Origin: a virus
Taxonomy: Duplodnaviria > Caudoviricetes
Reading direction: 5' to 3' (one strand)
IMG/VR virus record: IMGVR_UViG_3300032268_000572
Span: 1-61,944 of that record
Length of the DNA stretch: 61,944 nt
In this document: positions 47,601 through 55,600 of the stretch, one piece after another
Position numbering within the stretch: the stretch's first letter is position 1
How the letters are laid out: each line of letters starts with the position of its first letter
The notes under the pieces: generated by a model
What the model saw: only the letters and a program-made list of their open reading frames with translations
Databases searched by the model: none
What the model was told of the DNA's origin: nothing
Made by a program: the position numbers and the translations under genes

Positions 47601-50600
47601 GACAGCTTCACCCAGCTATGACTGAAGAGGTAGTAAAAGACGTTCTAAGCATGGCTAATGGCACAACTGCTAAGTACAGTGGAACAGCTAGCGCAATGAA
47701 GGCTCCTCCAAGATTAATTAACTCTGCTGGAAAAGAGTCTCAGCTATACCCTGAGGCGGTTCTTAATGGAAAAGTTCTTCGTAGCACTAACTACCCAAAC
47801 AACACAATGATGTTTGGTTACGGAACTTTAGGCTCTACTAACCACTCGGCCGACACCATACTTTCAACAAACTCAGACGGAACTGTTGATGTTTCATTTT
47901 CAGACGAAAACGAGCAGTCTAAGACCACATTTAGTAGCTTAGATTCTGCTAAAGCTTGGCTAGGCGACAAGTACGCAACTAAGTCAAATTCTCAAGTGAA
48001 CCCAATCACTAACAATCCAGTTGGCGATGGAGCATTAGAAGAATCTCAAACTATTCACAAGGGCGGTTATGCTAAGCCTGCAACTCAGCCTCAAGTTGAT
48101 TCAATTAAAAAGATGCTCGATGTCAAAGATGTTCCCGAAGATAAAAAGTCAGAAATTCAGAGCTCTCTTGATAAGAGTAGCTTTGTAATTGGCGAAGCTG
48201 GTCAATACATTAGCTACCTAAAGAGCTTGCCAGAACTCGAGCCTGAGCAAGCTTCTAATGACAGTAATTTTGTGGACAACACTGTAAACCCAGAAGTTGT
48301 TCAAGCTTCACTAGTTGACCCAGCTTTGACCCCTCAAAAAGGCTCGCCTTTCAATTCAGCTGACGACATTCTTGACCCAGCTAAGATTCTTGAGGCACTA
48401 AAGCTAAGCCACAAAGACAGCTACGAGCTTGAAAACGGTGACGTTGCTCTATACAGCACCACCTACACTACTGGCTACGGCAAGAGCTACAAGTACGAAC
48501 TGATTGCACGTCGCACTAAGAAAGAGCGTTTCTTTGCCTACGTACGCGAGACCGACATGCAGACTGGAACTGTAAGAGTATTTAAGGCAACTAAAGAAGT
48601 TCACTCTTACAAGGCAGCTATGAATAAGCTAGTTTCTGCTAAGAACGGTCTTACATCTTCTGACCCAAGAAACTGGTTCACTAAACTTGCCAAGTCAAAG
48701 GTAGAAACTGTATTAGCTAAGAACGACCTTTCTTCTATAGCTGATGAAATGCTTGGTTCAAAAACTGGCTCCGAGCTACAGGGCTCTTTGGAAGACTTGG
48801 TTGCTGGTCTTGGTGGTCAAAGCTTTAACATTGACAAGGCCATCATCCAAAAGCTTCAGAAGAATTCATCTAACCTTCCAGCTGGATTTGTTGACAATGT
48901 AATTAACAAGATGGTTGAGAGTAAGGCTAAAGAAGCAGACAACATCTCAGACCAGATTCTGGGAATCGCAGACCCACCGCCATTCCCACACATGTCTTAC
49001 AACGGACAGCAACTAAGTGTTGGAGACTATGTTGACTGGACTGACATTACTAGTGGCAAGGTCCACAGAGGTAAGGTTGTCCACGTAAAGTACAACCACG
49101 ACTCTAAGGGTTACGTTTATTCCGACCAAACTCTAGTTGAATTTACAGACCTAACCAACCAGCGTTGGAGGGTTAGCTCTAACCTAGTCAAGGTCGACAA
49201 GGGCTCACCTATTAGCGAGCCATTCTTTGCAAAGCTAGAAGAAAACGTAGAGCAAAAACTTACTCCAATTCTAAGCACTACAGAGAAGCCAGACATTGAC
49301 TTAGCAAAGCAAAAAGCTGTAGAGGATTACCAAAAAGCTCTAATGGCAGCAAAGCTAGTACCTAGTAAGCCTGACCTAGACTTGACTCCAGCCCAAGAAG
49401 CTGGTCTATCAGTTGAAATGACTACTCCAGATGTTGAGGTAACTCCTCAGCCTAACGGCTCAGTTGTTGTTGGAGACGAAGCCTCTGGTACTTACTCCAT
49501 TGTTCAAGAAGACGGAACCACTACCTACTACTTGAACGACGTTCCAGTATTTCAATCTGAGCCAAAAACTGTAGATTCTTCAACAGTTTCTGCAGTAGAA
49601 GAAGTTGTAGCTACCGTAACCGCTTCTCCAGAAAATACTGTCGAGCCAGCTCAGTTGGCTGACATTGTGGGCGATGCTAAGAAAGCAACTAGCACTCTAC
49701 CAGAGCAGGAATTAGATTCTGTTTACGGAGAGTATGGAGTAAAAATTCTAGGTCCAGACGACGTTGTCAGCACTGGTGGTAAGAAAGCCAAATTTAAGTA
49801 TTTGAAAGAAGTTTCCGAGCTAAAAGTTGGAGACATAGTAAGAAAAGCTACTGGAAGTAAAAAACACTATTACCAAATTTTGGAGAAAACTAGTCGCAAC
49901 CAGTACTTAGTTAGGTTAATTACCCCCACCACCACCGAGAGCTGGACACAAAAATGGAAGGCTCATGGAAAAATACAGACTGTAGGAATTTCTCCTTGGT
50001 ATGGTTACAAGCACGTATACAGACCAACTGAAGTTACTATTGCTGAAGGATACTTTAAGCCTAAAACTCCTAAGGTCTCACCCTCACAGGACAAAATTAA
50101 TACAAAAAATCTAAATGTCACTGCCACTCCTCAGCAATTGGCTGCTGAATCTGTAGATAAAAAATCTGACGAGTCTAACGCGTACTTTGGTATTACAGGT
50201 GAGATTAGTGACTTGCCTTACAACGAACTAGCTGTTTCTACTAACGCTACCCAGCTTTGGAAAACTGGCTTTGATTCAATTAAGGTAAAGACCGCCGATG
50301 AAAAGTATGTAATTCCTGGCGCCCTAGTTAATGAAAAAGATGGGGACTCTAGCGGTGTGGTGATTTCTACCAACAAGCCTGACTCCGAGCTGTCGGTGAT
50401 TTGGAATTCTGGCTCTAAGCAGTCAACAGTTGAAACTTTAAGCTCAAAAGAAGTTAACGACACTGGGATGTGGCTATCTCCAGAAAAAGCTAAGTCTTTA
50501 GGAATATTTGTTGATGAAGTAGCTATTCAATTCGGTAAAGACAGTATTGCTCAAAAAATTAAGTCCCTCGAAGAATCAAATGCCACCTTTATTGAGAGTA

Positions 50601-52042
50601 AAAAGAAAGAGATTGAGTACAAGAAGCTTAAAGCAGCAGCTTCCGTTAAAGGAACTGGTACTCAGTCTATAAAGGTAGAAAAAGAGCTCAGCTGGTCTGG
50701 CTCAGAGTTAGATAAAGTTAGTAGCCTAGACACCATATTAAAAACGGTGGCTTCTAACGACGACAAGGGAGCCTACGGTCAGGAGGTCTTAATTGACTCT
50801 GGAGACGTAGAAGACAATAAACTTAGAGTTTATACAGCTTATGATTCAAAGGGAAATAAAGAAACTAGACTTACCTACACCCTAACAAGCTGGGCAACAG
50901 ACAGTAACCCTAACGATTCTGGTGAAAAATCAGAGTTTATTCAGCAATTGTCTAATAACTCAGAAGTCACTACTTCTAGCAGACTTCAGTACAGAAGATT
51001 CCAGCGTCTAGAGAACAAGCTTGTAGAAAATGGAACTTGGAACGATGGCTCCATAGACAACTCTTCACTAGGTACTACTTATACTTACCCTCTTAAGGAC
51101 AACCAAGGCCAAGTAATCGGTACTGTAAGAATTCACAGAGCCAATAAAGATGCTTCTACTCCAAAATTCTTAGGACAAAGTTCGGCACCTATTGCTTACC
51201 ACAACAAGGTTGACATTTCTATAAATGGAGATGCAACTCCAGAGCAGGTACAGCTAGCATTACAGCAAGGTGGAGTTACAGAGTCTAGACCTGCTACTAA
51301 AGAAGACATCAGAGTGCTGGCTGAGAATAAAATTATTGGAATTTTTGGTCAAAAAGCAGACGGCTCTATAAACTTTGAGGGCGAGCTTCGTCAAAAAATT
51401 CTTGACGACGTAAAGTCTAGTTATGGAATAGACGCCACGGACTTAACACCAACTCAAGATGAAAATGGTGAAATTCAATTCTTGCTTCCAGAGGAATTTG
51501 GCAAGAAAATGGCTGAGATAACTAACACTAAGGTTTTCACTCACTCATGGAACAGTTCTTTGCCAAATGACGCTCAAGGCAAGGCTGGCTTCTTATTTAA
51601 GCTACTCTCTGACGACGGACTCAGGGCTACCACTTACAGATGGGCCTCTGGAATAAACAACTCAGGAATGTCCAGCACATCAGATGGCTATAGAGTAGGG
51701 GCTAACTACATCTTTACACGCAAGAGCTCGATGGAAGCTAGTCAAGGCGGTTATGGACTGAAGTTCCACTTTGACGCTTCTAAATTGCTACGTAGACTAG
51801 ACTTTTATGCAAATAGGAGTGACTCTTTTGGAGCAAAGTCCGAGAAAGACATGCTAGCTGAGATGGGGAATGACTATGTATACGAAATTTTGTTCAAGGG
51901 AACGATTTCTTGGGCTGATTTGTCTATGATTAGCATAGACTCTGAAACTAGAAAGATTTTGTTACAGATGTTATTAGATAGTGGCGATGCTAAATTTGGC
52001 GAAAACACCGCTCAGAGTATCTTGGGAATTGATAATAAATGA
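41666..52042 (+). CDS. giant polyvalent protein (ART, HipA/PI3K-like kinase, GNAT, WYL, Nudix, C-terminal ART-like)
   Basis: 3458-aa open frame; domain motifs given in findings; start codon uncertain (TTG/GTG). Confidence 0.85.
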   Translation: MGVKSEIHALIASLVFNQETPSEPQDFSVSKITESVSLLVENGNDGVAPERRATLKSALIVAERSLVASANRKLETRAFNLVRDVTNFITLSKDGRVGEFAPTNTDLLSIGHPLSTAPHSMGTKELRTARSRWIAADPRISVEYRALVSSAYGSEPNSVEQNFAIARLQALPKGSIPAELIISSTIEALTAGIGDGNSSAARRARVKLQWRDRYGRWVEMGRGTMFKLRMRDGSIKDVRGKFVGGTSSPAFGRVLVRNSGDANIPDAVYLVNSRNGEVFDFELAEGILEKSGIDASKVEKPATITEQLDKDIQNIATIRTLSPNSLDDELAGGSTDEEKATAKELQEKSPIAKLPAGAEAESVPQEALVNFDEKSFAEKVAFNTDVDIPLVDQRFKEFLSKDKNLKNTLDPKKFGKYLSSDSPVSDALSDFDAGTINKQDLVNMFEEGSYETSLGGKNKELSNVLQGLGDYFKKDYDPQDYSDADKSEPIALLPETVPTAPVAEGGILEGFDYDKAKADSSYVDSFLDGFDAGVYAAPEKDISVLTDSQKEAYEAGLSLGDKKNTEALVLAQDEFPRYGQEGFEADSKQALSEAISEISKPFYDELEKQQAESMANEAQATEEDKVVGERFTEWQVPAGAYPLQNQEPYEASGALSDIYGADATDDPKVLASSFDSEILEEALTKSISGDGDSEVDFADAGPVPIPAEALYDALREQGVNADSVVAKAYDAISGKSENQINLKSFREKKPAGQIAKLDAKVIEKSSATELNKFLVKDELAGKAVDLIEAGKTGDGFGDADLQILADSINSIEIPKTQPIDFLERPVGKLLAEYLPWAFSDDESKKQAFRGLLGLVTISDGHEGLVTDKGGVLDKIFKKSEFYDESAQDPTAKLREAIYPDGYTYTDFLKSKSRVAIGEEDGNSPNSFAGATYKLAAKLSKEQTTDSPGGFARGIINPGQEAIDAYTTVGNVVNMDLRPFSGTYNEAAKFAKLSFPSKQPDAIIFTLEGALEGIDTRALSNYSEEAEILASGKYEVVEATKLDGPAGGSKYVDRRVFEVTLKPVDKEQGIDLTKFKTVDKMVSLLQIGDLVPKTFLTSKGAQDAVSEERKKDPNFELPPLEEVVGFKASDGFMEKIVVLKNLKTGETRDFRARGTTVLVDVRVPIDSKLPGDNSPRLLPKEGKPSGEPEFYIANLDDLSMVYDLKDYKQVSGQLGSNKGGIFEDSTGKQIYVKEPKTDLHGDNEVLASALYELAGVPAVKVRNGELADGTKVTFSEMVPNSNADFAQKVNDPEYRKKVQDGFVVDAWLANWDVAGTGFDNIVSDANDEPVRVDPGGALLFRAQGAPKGNAFNDKVTELETLVDPSQNAWSAKTFQDMSEQDKAESAKKLLDISNEDIDNYVNASITDEEARTKLSDILKARRATILNRYSLEEGVKDGGAGQQQPEPGSSAGPEGQGIVPEDVEPQGGGVDGQGDSDGNRPWATLENKLEPHSRTQEIQESGSPTPDIYELDAEKYATDFVKMMEKLKENNKHASSVYIYDLEDYKKMRLFSTADGTAGFGLKPDGDIVSVFVYGDSPHKGTSANLLAQAVELGGNKLDAYDTILPKIYAKAGFRTISRVPWNEDEADSSWDKELYKDFKNGEPDVVAMAYDPTRFGSTYDPTEGEYFDDYNDAMAARDQWIVNNQTPSEPNFSSPTAIDTSEGSNLEEQLQQAIDNGESVSFNYNDKARVVIPKSIWTNPKNGNVNLYAIDEDGNKKNYTVSKIQPSTALEAGEESGFFEEPTGDNVPELSGYTLEQASNGTYYAPNITAEDIYALRNGEKKPSQFPFAVTNDPANGNVLYFDKNGVKRWGQFGASGAVLKRDTNNGSYEVLLVKRSSQNSTDQGFWSVPSGAHNNIEDVNVPGATSKRELTEELGIVLGTSNINSVEVEVSPEDWNFTYDIINVDPAMDLASISTLNKEIEEYTWVNPQQLVQMESEGQLHPAMTEEVVKDVLSMANGTTAKYSGTASAMKAPPRLINSAGKESQLYPEAVLNGKVLRSTNYPNNTMMFGYGTLGSTNHSADTILSTNSDGTVDVSFSDENEQSKTTFSSLDSAKAWLGDKYATKSNSQVNPITNNPVGDGALEESQTIHKGGYAKPATQPQVDSIKKMLDVKDVPEDKKSEIQSSLDKSSFVIGEAGQYISYLKSLPELEPEQASNDSNFVDNTVNPEVVQASLVDPALTPQKGSPFNSADDILDPAKILEALKLSHKDSYELENGDVALYSTTYTTGYGKSYKYELIARRTKKERFFAYVRETDMQTGTVRVFKATKEVHSYKAAMNKLVSAKNGLTSSDPRNWFTKLAKSKVETVLAKNDLSSIADEMLGSKTGSELQGSLEDLVAGLGGQSFNIDKAIIQKLQKNSSNLPAGFVDNVINKMVESKAKEADNISDQILGIADPPPFPHMSYNGQQLSVGDYVDWTDITSGKVHRGKVVHVKYNHDSKGYVYSDQTLVEFTDLTNQRWRVSSNLVKVDKGSPISEPFFAKLEENVEQKLTPILSTTEKPDIDLAKQKAVEDYQKALMAAKLVPSKPDLDLTPAQEAGLSVEMTTPDVEVTPQPNGSVVVGDEASGTYSIVQEDGTTTYYLNDVPVFQSEPKTVDSSTVSAVEEVVATVTASPENTVEPAQLADIVGDAKKATSTLPEQELDSVYGEYGVKILGPDDVVSTGGKKAKFKYLKEVSELKVGDIVRKATGSKKHYYQILEKTSRNQYLVRLITPTTTESWTQKWKAHGKIQTVGISPWYGYKHVYRPTEVTIAEGYFKPKTPKVSPSQDKINTKNLNVTATPQQLAAESVDKKSDESNAYFGITGEISDLPYNELAVSTNATQLWKTGFDSIKVKTADEKYVIPGALVNEKDGDSSGVVISTNKPDSELSVIWNSGSKQSTVETLSSKEVNDTGMWLSPEKAKSLGIFVDEVAIQFGKDSIAQKIKSLEESNATFIESKKKEIEYKKLKAAASVKGTGTQSIKVEKELSWSGSELDKVSSLDTILKTVASNDDKGAYGQEVLIDSGDVEDNKLRVYTAYDSKGNKETRLTYTLTSWATDSNPNDSGEKSEFIQQLSNNSEVTTSSRLQYRRFQRLENKLVENGTWNDGSIDNSSLGTTYTYPLKDNQGQVIGTVRIHRANKDASTPKFLGQSSAPIAYHNKVDISINGDATPEQVQLALQQGGVTESRPATKEDIRVLAENKIIGIFGQKADGSINFEGELRQKILDDVKSSYGIDATDLTPTQDENGEIQFLLPEEFGKKMAEITNTKVFTHSWNSSLPNDAQGKAGFLFKLLSDDGLRATTYRWASGINNSGMSSTSDGYRVGANYIFTRKSSMEASQGGYGLKFHFDASKLLRRLDFYANRSDSFGAKSEKDMLAEMGNDYVYEILFKGTISWADLSMISIDSETRKILLQMLLDSGDAKFGENTAQSILGIDNK

Positions 52043-52650
52043 AAAATACAGTGGTATTCGGAAAATACGGAGTATTAGTTAAGTTTGGTGAAGACGGCTT
52101 TGCTAAGTACATTAACGAGGCATATCTAGACTCTTCCAATCTTGACTACCTAACTGTAACTGGAGATTTTCCTCAAGCTCAGGCCTACCCAGTGGACGCG
52201 GAAGACCTATCAGTAGACGAAAACACAGGTACAATTAAATTTAAAGCTTTTGACGCAGATTACATTATTCGTGAGTTGCGTGAAGAGGATGGATATTGGC
52301 TTTCTAAGTACAAGACTCCTCTACCAGTAGAAGCTTTAGAGCAAATTATTCGTCGAGAAGGTGTGGTTAACTACATGGCTTATATGGACAACCCAGTGAT
52401 ACCAGAAGAAGAAAAAACTTACGCTTTGGCTTACCCAGATAGCGACTTTATTATTGCTCTTGTCTACGACAACGAGCTCGGTCGCTACAGCAGAATAGAT
52501 AATGATTGGGTTTTAGTTAGCCCCGTCGAGACTGCCTATAACGACACCATAGCTATAGAAATAGACCCAGATAAAACAGATTCTTTTGTAGAACTATATG
52601 ATGAAAAACAGCTAACTATAGAAGATGCTGAAAAGCATGGCTTAAATTAA
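52039..52650 (+). CDS. acidic hypothetical protein coupled to the giant gene
   Basis: abuts/overlaps the stop; 203 aa, acidic. Confidence 0.75.
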   Translation: MKNTVVFGKYGVLVKFGEDGFAKYINEAYLDSSNLDYLTVTGDFPQAQAYPVDAEDLSVDENTGTIKFKAFDADYIIRELREEDGYWLSKYKTPLPVEALEQIIRREGVVNYMAYMDNPVIPEEEKTYALAYPDSDFIIALVYDNELGRYSRIDNDWVLVSPVETAYNDTIAIEIDPDKTDSFVELYDEKQLTIEDAEKHGLN

Positions 52651-52662
52651 GAAAATTTAAAA

Positions 52663-55600
52663 ATGTCTAAAATTGTAGGTCGTTCTGGTTCTAAGCTACT
52701 AGTTAGAGGCACTAGTTTTGCTGTTGTCTATGACACCGAAGCTAGCTTAATTATTGATAGCGGAAAAGCCGACGATTTAGCTGCTTCTCGAATTTGGAAA
52801 AATACCAACGAACTTATTTCCCCCGAAGCTAACTCTTTAGTGGCTAGTGCGCTAGAAGGATTAGAAGCAGGCACCATCACTGCAGCTGGACGCAGGCTTT
52901 TTACAATTCCATCTGGCGTAAAAGCTGAAGCTAAAAAAGCACTCCAATGGCGTAGAGAAGAAAAGCGTGGAGGCACTCCTGTTGGGCTAAACACTGCTCG
53001 CACTCTAGCTAGAGGCGGACAAATAGGTCTAGAAAAAATTCGCCACATTGCAAAATACTTTCCTCGTCACGAAGTTGACAAAAAAGGTAAGGGCTGGTCT
53101 GTAGGAGAAGATAACTTCCCATCTAACGGACGTATCGCTTGGGCACTTTGGGGTGGAGATGCTGGTTGGCGTTGGGCCCGTGCAATCGTAGAGCGTGAAG
53201 ACAAGAAAGCCATGAAGGCTGATGCTTACGTTAATAGACTAGGGGCAGATGTCTCTGCTTTTAAAAAAGCTTTTGAAAACGGAGATGGCTTAGGGCCAGA
53301 ATTTATTGCCAGAGTTCGTATGGACGGTACTGGAATTGACAGAATTTACAAGGTTGACCTAGATGGCGAAGTTTACTTCTGGGACGATGGCAACTGGGAC
53401 GACCTAGGCTATGTAGACGGGGACATTTGGACTTATGACAAGTCAATAGATGACCCTTATGACACCGTAGCTAAGCAACACATAATGATTGACCCAGAGT
53501 CAGCGGTTGTTATTTGCGCCAGACTACAGACTCTACCTTTTGACAATGTTTCTGTATTTGACATTGATGCTGAAGAAGCCAAGATTGCTCAAGACTACTT
53601 GATTAATGAAATAGATGAAATTGACTTTATTGATAGGGTAATAACCGCTGCAGGAGAGACTGGAATCAAAGTTGCCGATGCTGATGGAGTCTACAGCCCA
53701 GAAGAGCGCTCTCAAAAGGCTACTCAGCAGGTAAGAAATGCTGCAGGAAGGTTCTCTAAGCAAGGTTCTAGAGTTACCGTTAATGGCAATCGCCAAGGAA
53801 CTATAACTTCAATTAATCCAGCTAACAAAAGCGTAGTTGTTAAATATGACGATGGTGCTACCGAAACTGTTCCAGCTTCTTCCACTAGGGCAGTACAGGA
53901 AAATGTTCCAGTAAGCTCTAACGTTTCTGATGTAAACATTTCAGACGTTACCCCCTTAGATGTTTCTGGAATTCTTGGAGAGCCTAGGACACCAATTGAC
54001 CGTCCTCAAGCTCAGATGCCTGGAACTTTACCAGCCCTCACTAGAGATGACTTGACTAGTTTAATGTCTAACTGGCCTGCTTGGGTCCAATCGCAAAGAA
54101 ATGCTTTCTCACCTCTACCAGTTTCAACTCAGGTCAGTAAAGACCCAAAAAATTTAACAAAAGAGTACCAAGAAGACCTTTACAAAAAAACTGGAATTAA
54201 GCACTCTTTTGACCCCTATGACCACCCCCTATTGAAAAAGTTTTTCTCTAAGAGAGATAGTGAGGGCCGTAGCCCTAACGCTATCTACGCAGCAGCCACT
54301 AAAGACGAGCGTCCAAAAGAACTCACCCCAGCAACTTCTGATATTCAGCCTCTTTATATGGCTATTGTTTCTCCCGAGGACCTAAGAGCAGTTATGGATT
54401 TAGTTGCTCTTATTCCAGCCAGCTCTAAATCTAACGAACCCATGACTTATGTTCGTAAGGAAGGAAAATGGGTACGAGAGCCTAACATTCTTGCTGACTT
54501 AAACTCTGCCACTCCACCACCAGTTGTACCTCTAGACATAGATACTTTAGATTCTGTACTAAAGCAAGCTGACGGTTTAGTTGCTTCTGCATACACTAAA
54601 GACTTAGTGCTAACAGTGCTTTGGGGTCCTGATAAAGAAAACATTGCAGACGCTATTCTGGCCGCTGGTGGGCTTGACCGTAACAGGGGTAACGCAGAAG
54701 AACTTAGAAAATATTGGACACGTGGCAAGGGTGGTGCAAAAATTCGTTGGGGCACCCCTGGCGACTGGACCCGTTGCGTTAGAAACTTACGTAAGTATAT
54801 TGGACCTCGTTCCAAAGGCTATTGCGCTCTCCGCCACAAGGAGATGAATGGGGTATGGCCTGGCGACAGAAAGAACCGTCAGAAATTTAGCTCAAACGTT
54901 AAGCTAGGAACCTTTAGTATTCAATTTTTGAACAATTCTGAAACAGTTTTGTCAGTGTCTACTCTCACAGCTTCTGGAGACTTCTCTGAAGAATTTAGCT
55001 ACGAAGGCTCTAAATTTATAATCCCTCTAGTGATTCCAGAAGAGCTAGAGTCTGGGGACGGTAGAAAGTTTAAGAAGGACTCCATCTCCTTTAGAGAGCT
55101 ACCATTACCGTTAATGTGGCAGATAAAGACTGACGATGGCCACGCTGGGTCCGTAGTTGTTGGAAGAATTGACCACATGGAGCGAACAGAGCAAGGTATC
55201 GGCAATGCTTATGGAGTATTTGATACAGGTCCTTACGCAAAAGAAGTAGAGCGTTTAGTTAAATACAAGTTTATTCGTGGAGTATCAGCTGACATGGACC
55301 AGTTTGAGGCCGAGGAACAAGAAGACACCAATGACAAGGAAAATGCTAAAAAGTCTAAGGACTCTATTGGCAAAACCAAAATTAGTATAAATAAAGCTAG
55401 GGTTATGGGTGTTACAATAGTACCAAAGCCAGCTTTCCAAGAATGCCAAATTTTCCTTGACGCACAGGAAGATGGCGATTACCAGGAGGATACTTTGATT
55501 CCAACAGATGGAATTTACGTTGATGAAATGGAGCCACAGGACGCCTCAAGTCTTGTAGCTTGTGGCATAGTCGCAAGCTCTATCTTAGTTACACCGCCAG

